From an uncultured Alphaproteobacteria bacterium (GTDB lineage: Bacteria; Pseudomonadota; Alphaproteobacteria; Rhizobiales; Hyphomicrobiaceae), in NCBI GenBank assembly GCA_963732525.1, contig CAVSZX010000029.1, positions 3,458 to 67,457 on the forward strand: a DNA stretch of 64,000 nt, written 5' to 3'. A model generated the notes under the pieces. It was not told where the DNA came from and ran no database searches. It saw only the letters and a program-made list of their open reading frames with translations. Made by a program: the position numbers and the translations under genes. Below, piece after piece: positions 51,823 to 63,140 of this stretch (its first letter is position 1; every line of letters starts with the position of its first letter).

Positions 51823-53272
51823 TCAGCCTTCGGGGCAGAGCTCGAAAGCCTTGTCCAGAGCCTGGGTCTGGTTCTGGAATTCGCCCACCGGCTTGCCGCC
51901 CTTGGCGTAGGCGGCGATGTAGGCATCCGCCTCGCGCTTCTCGGTGCCCTCGTTGACGTCGAGCACGGTGTAATTGACCAGGGTGTCGTTGTTGGCCTTG
52001 ATCAGGATGGCGCGGCTGCCGCCGTAGCTCGCCGTCCACACACGGCACTTGGACGATCGCGGGCGCGGCATCCGTCGCGGTCGTGACGCGCACTCTTGGT
52101 GCCGGCGCCGAGGGCCGCGGTCTTGATGCTTTGCGTTGCGGCGGCCTTGCTGGCGGCAGAAGTCAAGCCGGCGGCGGATGGTGAGGTCGCGGGCTTTTCC
52201 GGCGCTGGCGGCGGCGGTGTCGGCGGCAGCCGGCTTCGGTTTCGTCGCTCGCCTCGGCATTGATGATCTTGAACTGCTGGGGCGCTTCGGCGACGGGCGG
52301 CGCCGTTTGCGGCGGCCTCCTCCGGCGTTGGCGCGACCGAGCTGGCGCCGAGGTTCGATCGAACGAACGAGCCGTTGGCGCGAGCTTCCGCGACGGCGCG
52401 GCGTGCGAGGTCAGCGCCAGAGACTTTCGCTGCAGCCTCTTCGGGCTTGGCCTTCGCCTCGTCGGCGTTTGCCGCGGCGTCATCGGCGGCGGTCGTCTCC
52501 TCGGGCACGTCGCCCGTTGGTTCGGCGGCGGCGACTCGATCGGCTTCTGCACCGGATGTTTGGCGTCCTTGGCGGTGGACGCCGCCGTCTTGGTCGTCTT
52601 CGCCGGTCTGGCGAGCGCCATCATTTCGGGTTTGGGATCGGCGCCCTTGCACACACCGCCATAGAAGGCGTCGGCAACGCCGGCGATGTCCTTGGAATAG
52701 TTGCGCGAGCCGGGCGCCCACTTCTTGGCGAGCTGGGTATAGTCCATCGGACCTTTGATGGTCTTCTGCCAGGCATCAAGCAGGCCCCACTCCTTGACCT
52801 TGCGCGTGCGCTCGGCGACGGGGTTTTCCGGCGCGGCGCCGGCGTAGAGCAAGAGATGTTCGAGGTGGGCTTGGACGCCGGTCGCGACGTCGGGGAAGGT
52901 TTCACCCGGTTCCTTCTTGCCGGTCGCACCGAGGCCGGCGAAATTGTTCTGCTCCACCGAGACGTCGCCCGTGAAGGTCAGGTTGCCGGTCTCCAGCATC
53001 ATCTGGAAGAAGGCGGTGTCCCAGCGGATGCCCAGTTGCTCGCCGATGCGCATGTAGTCGGCCGCGATCGCCGAGAACTTCGGCTCGAGCGCCTTGTTGC
53101 GCCCCTCGATGAACGCGGTGAGGCGTCCGGGGGTGGCGCAATCTGGCACCTTGTTGGCGTCGGAGAGCTTGATTTCGGGAAGCTCGGCGGCGAAAGCCGA
53201 AGCGGAGCAAGCGACGGCGAAGACGCCAGTCGCCAAACGGAGCGCGGTTGGCGCCCCATAGCGGCAGATCAT
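51823..53272 (-). CDS. Secreted glucosaminidase (GH73-like) domain protein, paralog 1; apparent frameshifts in the linker
   Basis: Signal peptide; WDTAFFQMMLETGNL, QNNFAGLGATG, FPDV.TGVQAHLEHL..Y, KWAP...Y. Confidence 0.8.
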
Positions 53273-53345
53273 TTTTCCACCCATATTTACGCGGCACCCT
53301 CATCAGGCGCCCAACAAAACCGATTAGGTTTCTAGGCGCTTAACG

Positions 53346-53360
53346 TTAACAAAGTGTTGA
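53346..53360. promoter_or_regulatory. CtrA-like box upstream of the glucosaminidase pair
   Basis: TTAA-CAAAGTG-TTGA, with an extra TTAAC immediately upstream. Confidence 0.45.
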
Positions 53361-53539
53361 TTGAGCCCCCGTGGCTCGCACGTAAACCATGGCCATGCAT
53401 TGCGGCGGCAATTGGAAGAGGGCGGGGTGGGAATGCGGCAATTCGCGAGAAAGGCTCACGAAATTCAAATCCTTATCGACCGCCGGCACGGTCCGGAAGA
53501 GGGCCGAGTTTGAACTCGAAATCTTCTGTTAACGAAGAC

Positions 53540-54308
53540 TCACACTAGGTGCTGGCCGGCGTCGAGCGCGATCATCTGACCGGTCAGGGACGGCGTCGCC
53601 AGAATATAATTTATGGCCGCCGAGATTTCCTGCGGCGTTGGCCCGCGCCCCAGCAGCGTCGAAGATTGCTCGGCCGCAAACTCGGCTGCCGTCTGGTGCA
53701 CGCTCTGGAACAGGGGCCCGGGGCCGATGGCGTTGACGCGGATGCGCGGGCTCAAGGCCTGCGCCATGGTGCGCGTCGCCGTCCACAGTCCGGCTTTCGA
53801 CAGCGTGTAGGAGAAAAAGTCCGGCGTCAGCTTCCACACCCGCTGATCGACGATGTTGATGATGTTGCCCTCGGCGCCTTGCGGCAGCGACGTCGCCATC
53901 GCCTTGGCGAGGAACACGGGCGCCTTGAGGTTGATGTCGAGGTGCGTCGCCCAGGTCTTCTCGTCGAGCGTCGCGAGCGTATCGAGCAGGAACTCGGAAG
54001 CGTTGTTGACGAGGCAGAGCGGGGCGCCGAGGCGGCGGGCGCAATCGGGGACGAGTTGGTTCACGGCGGCGAGATCGCTAAGATCGGCGGGCAAATGCCA
54101 CGGCCCGGACGCCGAGCGCCTCGATCTCGGCGACAAGGGCATCGGCTTCGGCCCTGGAGCGGCGATAATGGACGCCGACCGACCAGCCCTGACGCGCCAG
54201 CCCGAGCGCGATCTCGCGGCCGAGGCGGCGGGCGGCGCCAGTGACGAGCACGACCTTTTGGGGTTGCGGCTTGCCGGCGGGTTGGGGAGGAGATTTGGCG
54301 GCGGGCAT
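53540..54308 (-). CDS. SDR oxidoreductase, pteridine-reductase-like; apparent frameshift near 54100
   Basis: [38 protein letters not shown]. Confidence 0.9.
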
Positions 54309-54508
54309 GATGTCGTTTCGGCGTGATCTGTTGCTAGCCATCGACAAGAGGCAAGGACGCTGGCCCAAGTCAATGAGCTTCGGGGCGTTTCGTTAGCTTG
54401 AGCCCGGTTCCGAGGCGGCGGTGGGGCGTGGCCCGGGCGCCGCATGGGGCATTTTTCCCCAGGCAGGCGCCGCATGCTCCTTGAAGTTGCAGCCGGACCT
54501 TACGAGAA

Positions 54509-55312
54509 ATGCCGGGTCCCTTCGAATCAACGGAGCCTTGGGCGTTGCTTCCATTGCTGCTGATTGCCGCGCTGATCGCGCTGACGGTGGGGCTGATCGC
54601 CTTCGTCATCCTGCCGCGCTTGGCCGATCAGTCCGTCGCCTTCGCCGGCGAGCCCGACGCGCCCAAGGCGTTCGGCACCGACATGGCGTGGATCGCGATC
54701 CGCAGCGGCGATACGGCGGCCGTGCTGGCGGCGCTCGGGATCGGAAGCGAGGCCGCGACGGCTGCAAACTGGAACTCCGGCATCGGCTCCATCTACGACG
54801 TCAGCCTGTGCGACCACTACGTCTTCGTGTCGCCGCCGGTGAAAGGCTGGACGTTCGTCGCTGGCGTGGCTCTGCCGCTGCCAGCGAGCCGCGCCTTCGT
54901 CGACAAGCTGACGCCGCTGCTGGCGGCGCTCGGGTCGCAGTTCCGCGACGTGCAATATTTCGCCAGCTACCCGGTCATCGATCTCTTCGCTTGGGGCCGG
55001 CTCGAACGCGGCCGCATGGTGCGCGCCTTCGCGATCGGGGACGAAGGCGTGATCTGGGATCGCGGGAAGCCGACGCGCGAGGAGCGAGCGCTGGGGCTGA
55101 AGCTGTTCGAGCTGCGCGGCATTCGCGGGCGCAGGGGCGACACGGGAGAATCGATCATCCTGCATCCGACGCAAGAGCATGTGCTGCGCCTCGCGACGTC
55201 GTGGAGCCTCGATCCGACGCGGCTTGGAGCGATGCCGGAGCCTCTTGGTGCAGGCTTTGTCGCGGCGGCGCCTCGGGCCTTCAGGGCCGAACGCATCCGC
55301 AAGGCGGCGTAG
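54509..55312 (+). CDS. Membrane-anchored hypothetical protein
   Basis: N-terminal TM; P.AFG..MAWIAIR, VFVSPPV.GWTFV, WSLDP; host-like codon usage. Confidence 0.78.
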   Translation: MPGPFESTEPWALLPLLLIAALIALTVGLIAFVILPRLADQSVAFAGEPDAPKAFGTDMAWIAIRSGDTAAVLAALGIGSEAATAANWNSGIGSIYDVSLCDHYVFVSPPVKGWTFVAGVALPLPASRAFVDKLTPLLAALGSQFRDVQYFASYPVIDLFAWGRLERGRMVRAFAIGDEGVIWDRGKPTREERALGLKLFELRGIRGRRGDTGESIILHPTQEHVLRLATSWSLDPTRLGAMPEPLGAGFVAAAPRAFRAERIRKAA

Positions 55313-55369
55313 AGTGCGCCGTTAGAGTCTTTCCGTTTCAGGAGGAACCACGACGGACCTTCACCTTCT

Positions 55370-55390
55370 CCTCCCCCTCGAGGGGGGAGG
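55370..55390. repeat. Single REP-like hairpin between convergent genes
   Basis: CCTCCCCCTCGAGGGGGGAGG; resembles the arm of the uvrC insert. Confidence 0.6.
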
Positions 55391-55442
55391 TGATGGCGCG
55401 GCGCGGTCCAAGCCAGGTCAGAAGGACACTCGAGTCTCTTGC

Positions 55443-56282
55443 TTAGGGATCGAGCTTCAGTTCGACGTCGGAGGCCTGAAGCGTGCCGGTTTCGAGGTCC
55501 GGCTGCACGGCGGTGGTGTTCGACCAGGCGGCCGGGTCCTGCAGGCGGGGACGAGCGGCCACGAGATCGCCGCGACGGCGAAAACCGGCATCGCGAAGCG
55601 CGGTCTCTTGTGCTTCGCAACCGGCCCGGTGCGTTTGCCCAAGGGCGCGATCGATGCTCAAGGCGATGCATCGCGCCGCAGCGGCGGTGACACCGGCCCG
55701 TTCCGCTTCGGGAGGATTGATGACGACTTTCTGGGCGATGTCGGATCGCGGGGCGGTCGTCGCGACGGTCGAGACGGCGGTGCGGGTGGCGTGGCCGTCT
55801 CGACCGTTGACGACGACGTTGGAGACGAACGACCAGAAGCCGATGAGGTGCGAGGCGACGATGCCGGCCGCAAAGCCGAGCCCGCACCAGACCAGCGGCA
55901 GCGTCACGCGGCGCTGGCTCTCGCGATGGTCGGACGGTCTTTCAATTGCGCTTTCCAACGGGAGGGAGGTGGGAGAACCTTCGGCGCGGGGACGGTCATC
56001 GCCGCCGGCGCGGGCCGAGAGTGCGACGGTGAGGGCTTTAGCCAGCGCCGCTTCATCGAGACCGCGCCTGGAGGGTTCGCCGGCGTCTTCGCCGTCGTTC
56101 GGCGGCTCCGCATGCCGGTGATCGGCCGGCTGCTGCCCGAGATGCGGGTGTTCGGGATATGGGGGTTCGGGATACAGGGGTTCGGGATACGGGGGTTCGG
56201 GCGTGCGCTCGCTGCCGCGGCTTTCCGCCCGCTCACGATAAGGCGGCAACGGCCAGTGCTGGTCGAGATCGATTCTGCCCAT
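55443..56282 (-). CDS. Hypothetical single-TM protein with PEPPY repeats
   Basis: Disordered N-terminus, TM LVWCGLGFAAGIVASHLIGFWSFV, small C..L..DR..G.T...C motif. Confidence 0.7.
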   Translation of the reverse strand: MGRIDLDQHWPLPPYRERAESRGSERTPEPPYPEPLYPEPPYPEHPHLGQQPADHRHAEPPNDGEDAGEPSRRGLDEAALAKALTVALSARAGGDDRPRAEGSPTSLPLESAIERPSDHRESQRRVTLPLVWCGLGFAAGIVASHLIGFWSFVSNVVVNGRDGHATRTAVSTVATTAPRSDIAQKVVINPPEAERAGVTAAAARCIALSIDRALGQTHRAGCEAQETALRDAGFRRRGDLVAARPRLQDPAAWSNTTAVQPDLETGTLQASDVELKLDP

Positions 56283-56422
56283 TTGCCTCGTCGAGCGCCT
56301 CAGGGTGGAGAATCACTCGCGACGAGTTTGGGCATCCGGGTTTTCAGGAGCAAGACGCGACCATGGCGGGCTGGGCCGGACACCGGCTTTTCCACAGGCC
56401 CGCCGGTGGAGAAGTGCCGGGG

Positions 56423-57310
56423 CTAAATCCCCGGATCGTCGTTTTCCATGCGCGGCGCGGGCAGGGGATTAGCTTTCGGCTGCACGCGCGGTGCCGACTG
56501 CTGGCGCGGTGGCGAATCGATCTGTTCGTCGCGCGAGGTCGAGCGGACCGGCGGGACATACATGCGATTAGCCGAACAGAGCTTGCGCTGGTCCTCGTTG
56601 CCGCCGCAGCCTCTCGGCTCACCGTTCTTATTGAAGCAGAAGCGGACTTCCTTCAGCCGGTTGCCGGCGCCGCCGCAGACGATGGCGAAACTATCGGACT
56701 TCAGGCCCGGATTGGCACGCAGCAGATCGGCGGCGAGCTGCTTCGGCTCGATTGACTGCGTCTCCATCGGGTTCTTGTAGTTGTCGGGAATGCGGATGCT
56801 CTTGAACAGGCGCCGCGCGGTCGAGAAGTAAAGGTCTGGCGGCAGTCCGGAGCAGGTGCCGTGCTTGCGGTACTCGTGAATGACGAGGCGCGAACTCGGC
56901 ATGATGTCGAGCATGCTGTCGATCAGCGCTTCGGGAACGAAAGGCCGGCGCGGGGTGCGGCAGTCCTGCGGCCAGCCGCGCTCGTATTGCGGCCAAAGTC
57001 CATGCAGCACGAAGCTGAAGCGCTTGCCGTCGCGGCGGCCGCACTGCTGGTCGTCGTTCCGGGCGTCGGCGCAATAGGACGGGCTCCAGGAGAGTACGAG
57101 CGCGTAGTAGTCGAATTGTCCGGCGACGTTGCGTCCGCCGCCGCTGCTGTCGTCGCCGCGGCCGTAGCGATCCTGCTCGAATTGGCGCTGATCCTGGCGG
57201 TAGCGGTCGCGATATTGGCGGTACTCGTCACGGAACTGGGCTGAGGCCTGGTCCGGGACAAAGGTGGTGAGAAGCGCAAGAAGAGTAGCGACGAAGCGCG
57301 GCAATCGCAT
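56423..57310 (-). CDS. Ribonuclease T2 family protein, secreted
   Basis: FDYYALVLSWSP..C, FVLHGLWPQ (CAS I), HEYRKHGTC (CAS II). Confidence 0.95.
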   Translation of the reverse strand: MRLPRFVATLLALLTTFVPDQASAQFRDEYRQYRDRYRQDQRQFEQDRYGRGDDSSGGGRNVAGQFDYYALVLSWSPSYCADARNDDQQCGRRDGKRFSFVLHGLWPQYERGWPQDCRTPRRPFVPEALIDSMLDIMPSSRLVIHEYRKHGTCSGLPPDLYFSTARRLFKSIRIPDNYKNPMETQSIEPKQLAADLLRANPGLKSDSFAIVCGGAGNRLKEVRFCFNKNGEPRGCGGNEDQRKLCSANRMYVPPVRSTSRDEQIDSPPRQQSAPRVQPKANPLPAPRMENDDPGI

Positions 57311-57421
57311 TTTAGAAGGGTGCTCCAGAAACGATGCGGCAGTGACTAGGCGCGCGGACCATAGGGGCGGATTGCGGCGGCGCAAAGCTTTTTTGAATGC
57401 CGCGCCGTTATGAGTGTTTCA

Positions 57422-58852
57422 TCATGATTTGGCCTTTGGCGATTTCAGCGCCGCCCCTTCTCTGGCGAAGGCGGCCAGGATGCGGGCCCAGGATCGCGCT
57501 CCCTTTTCGAAGCTCTTGAGATTGTATTTCTCGTTGGGCGAGTGGATGCGGTCGTCCTCGAGGCCGAAGCCGATGAGCAGGCTGTCCATGCCGAGCGCAT
57601 CGCGGAACGAGGAGACGATGGGGATCGAGGCGCCGCAGCCCATCAGCACAGTCGGGCGGCCCCATTCCTCTTCGAGCGCCTTGGCGGCGGCCTGCATCGG
57701 CTTACCGCCGGTATCGAACATGATCGCCGCCGAACCGCGCGAGCCCAGCCATTCAGCCTTGCAATCGGGGGGCAGGATTTTTGTGACGTAATCACGAATG
57801 CATTTCATGACGCGGTCGGGGTCCTGGCCCGGCACGAGACGGCAGGTGATCTTGACCGAAGCCTTGGCGGGAATGACGGTCTTCGAGCCGACGCCCTGAT
57901 AGCCGCCCGTGACGCCGTTGAATTCCAGCGTCGGGCGCGACCACAGTTGCTCGACGATTGTGCGGTCTTTTTCGCCGGCTGGTGTCTTGAGCCCGATTGC
58001 CGCCAAGAAGTACTCGCCCGCGAGGCCGATGGCCTTCCACTGTTCGAGCTGTTCGGGCGAGGGGTCCTCGATACCATCGTAGAAACCCGGAACAGCGACA
58101 CGCCCCGTTTCGTCGTGAAGCGCCGCCATGACCTTGGCGAGAGCCCGGATCGGGTTGGTCGCCGGTCCGCCATAGAGACCGGAATGGAGATCGCGCGAGG
58201 GACCGGAGAGGACGAGTTCTTCGCCGGCGAGCCCGCGCAACATGGTGGTGATGGCGGGCGTGTCCTTGTCCCATTGCCCGGTGTCGCAGACGAGGACGAA
58301 ATCGCATTTCAACTCTTGGCCGTGGGCTTCGAGAAAGGACGGCAGCGAGGGAGAACCGCATTCCTCTTCGCCCTCGATCAACACTGAGACGTTGACCGGC
58401 AAGGCGCCCGTGACGGTCTTCCAGGCGCGAAACGCCTCGAGAAAGGTCATGAGCTGGCCCTTGTTGTCCTCCGCACCGCGCGCGACGATGACCTTGCCAT
58501 TGTCGGGATCATCCGCGAGGCGCGGCGCGAAGGGCGGCGTGGTCCAAAGCTCGAGCGGGTCGGCGGGCTGCACGTCGTAATGGCCGTAGAAGAGAACGTG
58601 GGGCAGGCCCGGATCGGGTGTCTTGCGATCGTGCGCGACGACCATCGGATGGCCGGCGGTCGGCACGACCTTGGCTTCGGCAAAGCCGATGTCCAACAGG
58701 GTCGCGGCGCACCAGTTGGCCGCCTGACCGCAATTGCCCTTGAAGGCTGGATCGGTCGAGACACTTTCAATGCGCAGGAGATCGAAGAGCCGCGCGAGGC
58801 CGGCATCTTTCGATTGGGTCAAGGCGTCGAGAACCCTTGATAAATCCGTCAT
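57422..58852 (-). CDS. M20 family metallopeptidase / dipeptidase
   Basis: [37 protein letters not shown]. Confidence 0.93.
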   Translation of the reverse strand: MTDLSRVLDALTQSKDAGLARLFDLLRIESVSTDPAFKGNCGQAANWCAATLLDIGFAEAKVVPTAGHPMVVAHDRKTPDPGLPHVLFYGHYDVQPADPLELWTTPPFAPRLADDPDNGKVIVARGAEDNKGQLMTFLEAFRAWKTVTGALPVNVSVLIEGEEECGSPSLPSFLEAHGQELKCDFVLVCDTGQWDKDTPAITTMLRGLAGEELVLSGPSRDLHSGLYGGPATNPIRALAKVMAALHDETGRVAVPGFYDGIEDPSPEQLEQWKAIGLAGEYFLAAIGLKTPAGEKDRTIVEQLWSRPTLEFNGVTGGYQGVGSKTVIPAKASVKITCRLVPGQDPDRVMKCIRDYVTKILPPDCKAEWLGSRGSAAIMFDTGGKPMQAAAKALEEEWGRPTVLMGCGASIPIVSSFRDALGMDSLLIGFGLEDDRIHSPNEKYNLKSFEKGARSWARILAAFAREGAALKSPKAKS

Positions 58853-58973
58853 TGCAAATGCCTCTGCGAATTGGGCCGAAGCCCTGTATACACTTTCACG
58901 CGCCGGATGGTCCTGCTATGGCAGTGCCGTCGCGTTCGTATGACACGCGTTCGACTGCATCGGAAAGGCTCTG

Positions 58974-61671
58974 ATGACACAAGCTCCGGCCAACGGCAAA
59001 AAGAAATGGGTCTACACCTTCGCCGCCGAAAAGGCCGAGGGCGACGCGCGCATGACCGAACTTCTGGGAGGCAAGGGCGCCAATCTCGCGGAAATGGCGC
59101 GTCTGAAGCTTAATGTTCCTCCGGGTTTCACGATCACCACGGAGGCTTGCGCGGCGTTCGTCGCGGCGGGAAAAGTTTTTCCCGATGGCCTGGAGGAGCA
59201 GGTTGCGCGGGCTCTCGGTGCGATCGGCGCGCTGACCGGCGCGATCTTCGGCGACGACAACCTGCCGCTGCTCATTTCCGTGCGCTCCGGTTCGCGTGCC
59301 TCGATGCCGGGCATGATGGATACCATTTTGAACCTCGGCCTCAACGATACGACGGTCGAGGGCCTCGCCAACGTGTCGGGGGACGCACGCTTCGCCTACG
59401 ACAGCTACCGCCGATTCATCCAGATGTACGCCGACGTCGTGCTCGGCGTCGATCACGGCGTATTCGAAGATACGCTCGAGAATTTCAAGAACCTGAATGG
59501 CTTTGGTTCGGATACCGATCTCGACGCGGACGCCTGGCGCGACATCATCGCCGACTACAAGGAGGCGGTGGAGCGCGAGACCGGGGCGCCGTTTCCCCAG
59601 GATACGGGCGAGCAACTCTGGGGCGCCATCGCCGCCGTGTTCGGGTCGTGGAACAACGCCCGCGCCGTCACCTACCGAAGGATCCATGACATTCCCGACA
59701 ATTGGGGAACGGCCGTCAACGTGCAGGCGATGGTGTTCGGCAATCTCGGAGACACGTCGGCGACCGGCGTCGCCTTCACGCGCAATCCTTCGACCGGCGA
59801 AAACGAGATCTTCGGCGAGTTCCTGCCCAACGCCCAGGGCGAGGACGTCGTTGCCGGCATCCGCACGCCGCAGCCGTTGAAAGCCGGAATTTCGAAATCC
59901 GGCACCTCGCTCGAGACCATGATGCCGGCGTCGTACGCGGAACTGCAGGAGATTTTTGCGACGCTCGAGAAGCACTATCGCGACATGCAGGACGTGGAAT
60001 TCACCATCCAAGCCGGGCGGCTGTGGGTGCTCCAGACGCGTTCAGGCAAGCGCACGACGGAAGCGGCGCTGCGCATCGCAGCCGACATGGCGGAAGAAGG
60101 CCTGATCAGCAAGGACGACGCGGTGCTGCGCATCGACCCCGCGGCGCTCGATCAATTGCTGCATCCGACCATCGATCCGGAAGCGGCGCAGGATTACGTC
60201 ACTTCCGGCCTGCCGGCGTCGCCGGGTGCCGCCGCGGGCGAGATCGTTTTTCACTCCGAGATGGCGGAGGCGATGAAGGGCAAGGGCAAGGACGTCATTC
60301 TGGTCCGGGCCGAGACCAGCCCCGAGGACGTGCACGGCATGCATGCGGCGACGGGCATTCTCACCGCACGCGGCGGCATGACCTCTCACGCGGCCGTCGT
60401 GGCGCGCGGCATGGGGCGGCCGTGCGTGTCGGGGGCGGGGGCGCTCCGCATCGATGCGGAAGCCGGGACGATGCGGGCGGGAACCCGCGTCTTTCGCGCC
60501 GGCGATATCATCACCATCGACGGCAGCACCGGCCGCGTGCTGGCCGGCAAGGCGAAGATGCGCGCGCCTCAACTCTCGGGCGCCTTCGCGACCATCATGA
60601 GCTGGGCGGATGAAGCCCGGCGCATGCGCGTGCGCTCCAACGCCGATACGCCGCGCGACGCACGCCAGGCGCGGCTGTTTGGTGCGGAGGGCATCGGGCT
60701 TTGCCGCACCGAGCACATGTTCTTCGAGGAGGACCGCATCCTCGCCGTGCGTGAGATGATCTGCGCCGACAGCGAGGACGGACGCCGCCGCGCGCTCGCC
60801 AAACTGCTGCCGATGCAGAGACGAGATTTCGAGGACCTGTTCGAGATCATGGCCGGCTTGCCGGTGACGATCCGGCTCCTCGATCCGCCGCTGCACGAGT
60901 TCCTGCCGCACGAGGATCGGGAAGCGGCCCAGGTCGCGGCCGCGCTCGATATGGATCTCGGCAAGCTGAAGAGCCGCGTCAAGGAACTGGAAGAATTCAA
61001 TCCGATGCTCGGCTTCCGCGGCTGCCGCCTCGGGCTCAAGTATCCGGAAATCACCGAAATGCAGGCGCGGGCCATTTTCGAAGCTGCGGCCGAGCGCGGC
61101 CAAGACGACGGGCGCGCCGATCCATGCCGAGATCATGATCCCCTTTGTTGCGTTCCGCGCCGAGTTCGAAAGTCTGCGCGGCGTGATCGTCAAAATTGCG
61201 GAAAAGGTGATGGAGGAGACGGAGAGTTCGTTGACGTTCGAGGTCGGCACCATGATCGAACTGCCGCGCGCGGCCTTGAGAGCCGCCGAGATCGCGGAAG
61301 GCGAGACGGGGGCGGAATTCTTCTCCTTTGGCACCAACGATCTGACGCAGACGGCGCTTGGTCTCTCTCGCGACGACGCGGCGCCGATCCTCGCCAATTA
61401 TCTCGAACGCGGTATTCTTGCCGAGGACCCCTTTGTTTCGATCGATCAGGCGGGCGTCGGCGAGCTGGTCCGCCTCGGTATCGAGCGCGGGCGCAAGGCA
61501 CGGCCCTCACTCAAGCTCGGCGTTTGCGGCGAGCATGGCGGCGAAGCGAAGTCGGTTTTGTTCTTCGATACGCTCGGGCTCGACTATGTCTCGTGCTCGC
61601 CCTTCCGCGTGCCGGTGGCGCGCCTCGCCGCCGCCCAGGCGTCGATCCGGGCGAAGGCGAAGAAGAGCTAG
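58974..61671 (+). CDS. ppdK: Pyruvate, phosphate dikinase; apparent frameshift near 61095
   Basis: LLGGKGANLAEM, GGMTSHAAVVARG, GIGLCRTEHMF, FSFGTNDLTQ, GVCGEHGG, YVSCSPFRVP. Confidence 0.97.
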
Positions 61672-61686
61672 CTGCAATCTCGAACG

Positions 61687-61829
61687 TGTCATCCCGGGCG
61701 GAGGTGCGCGTCGGCGCACCGCAGGCCCGGGACCCTGCATTTCTTTGCGCGGTTCAAAGTTGGCGTGCGGTTCAATGGGTCCCGGCTCTGCGAAATCGGC
61801 TTCGCACGATTTCTACGGCCGGGATGACA
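61687..61829. repeat. REP/RPE-like palindromic element, TGTCATCCCGG...CCGGGATGACA family (copy 2)
   Basis: Same termini as 39993-40110; shared TGGGTCCCGGCTCTGCGAAATCGGCTTCGCACGATTTCT. Confidence 0.9.
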
Positions 61830-61886
61830 ACTGTTGAGTGCTGCGGGTAGCGGGGAAGCTACTCGTCATGATTGCATCGGGACCGA

Positions 61887-62117
61887 TTACAGCAGTCCGC
61901 CGCCGCGGTCGCGGTCGAGATCGTCGAGGCGTGGCTGGCGCGGACGCGGCCCAGGGTTCTTGGGCATCAGCATCAGCCAGACGACGAGCGGCGGGAGGAC
62001 GAAGCACCACGCCATCCAATAGGAATAATCGCGGTTCTTGGCGCCGGCGAACGCCGCGGCCAGCGCCGCCGCAACGATGCCGCACAAGCCCCAGATGACG
62101 ACGACTTTCATGAGCAT
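61887..62117 (-). CDS. Small two-TM membrane protein
   Basis: IWGLCGIVAAALAAAFAGAKNR.YSYW..WCF.LPP. Confidence 0.7.
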   Translation of the reverse strand: MLMKVVVIWGLCGIVAAALAAAFAGAKNRDYSYWMAWCFVLPPLVVWLMLMPKNPGPRPRQPRLDDLDRDRGGGLL

Positions 62118-62223
62118 GTGTCTGATCCGATTGCTTTGCTGCGCAGGTCCGAAGTCCGTGCCGAAAATGTTCGGCCCACGCCAGCCCGTAGCATACCTGA
62201 AGTGAGCGCCAACTGTGGCAAAA

Positions 62224-63140
62224 TCAAGCGTCGATTGGCGTCGCCCCGGGGCGCGCCACGAAATCGAGGCCGAGATCGAGGACGGGCGCGGAATGGGTCA
62301 GCGCACCGACGGAAATGAGGTCGACGCCCGTTTCGGCAATCGCTCGCACGGTCGACAGGTTGACGCCGCCCGAAGCCTCCGCGAGGCAGCGCCCGGCGAT
62401 TTTGGCGACCGCCTTAGCGAGCATCGCCGGCGTCATGTTGTCGAGCAGGACGGCATCGACCTTGTGGCGGAGCACCTCGTCGAGCTGTTCGAGCGTATCG
62501 ACCTCGACTTCAAGCTTGACCATGTGGCCGCTGGCGGCGCGCGCCGCCTCGATCGCCTTCGACAAGCCGCCGGCGGCGACGATGTGGTTGTCCTTGATCA
62601 GGATGGCGTCGAAGAGGCCGGTACGGTGATTGAAGCCGCCGCCGCAGCGCACGGCATACTTCTCGAAGGCGCGCAGCCCCGGCGTCGTCTTGCGGGTATC
62701 GACGATTTTGGCTTTGGTGCCGCGAATGGCGTCGACGTACTGGCGCGTCATGGTGGCAATGCCGGAGAGGCGGCCGAGATAATTGAGCGCCACGCGCTCG
62801 GCGGTGAGCAGGGCGCGGGCATTGCCGGAGACCTTGGCGATCGTGTCGCCCGGCTTGCAGGCGTCGCCGTCGTGACAGCGGATATCGAAGGTGACGGCGG
62901 GATCAAGCGCGCGGAACGCAGCTTGCGCCAGCGGCAGGCCGGCGATGACGCCGCTCTTGCGGGCGGCAATGACGGCGGCGGCCGTCGCGGCTTCGGCGAC
63001 GGTGGCATTGGTGGTGATGTCGCCCTGCAGGCCGAGGTCTTCGGCCAGGCCGCGCGAACGGCAGCGTCGATGAGCGACGGCGGCAGGACGGGTGGCGCCG
63101 TAGCCTGCCGGGCAGGCGTTTCCTTGGCACTCGCGCTCAT
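62224..63140 (-). CDS. nadC: Quinolinate phosphoribosyltransferase; apparent frameshift near 63050
   Basis: LAEDLG..GDITT, ERVALN, DTRKTTPG, LIKDNH, EVEVD, LLDNM, EASGG. Confidence 0.96.

Noticed and set aside
28521-61397. Long antisense or alternate-frame ORFs (e.g. 28521-29876+, 31404-32762+, 34997-36817-, 60042-61397-)
   Set aside because: Shadows of real genes caused by high-GC codon bias; no recognisable motifs
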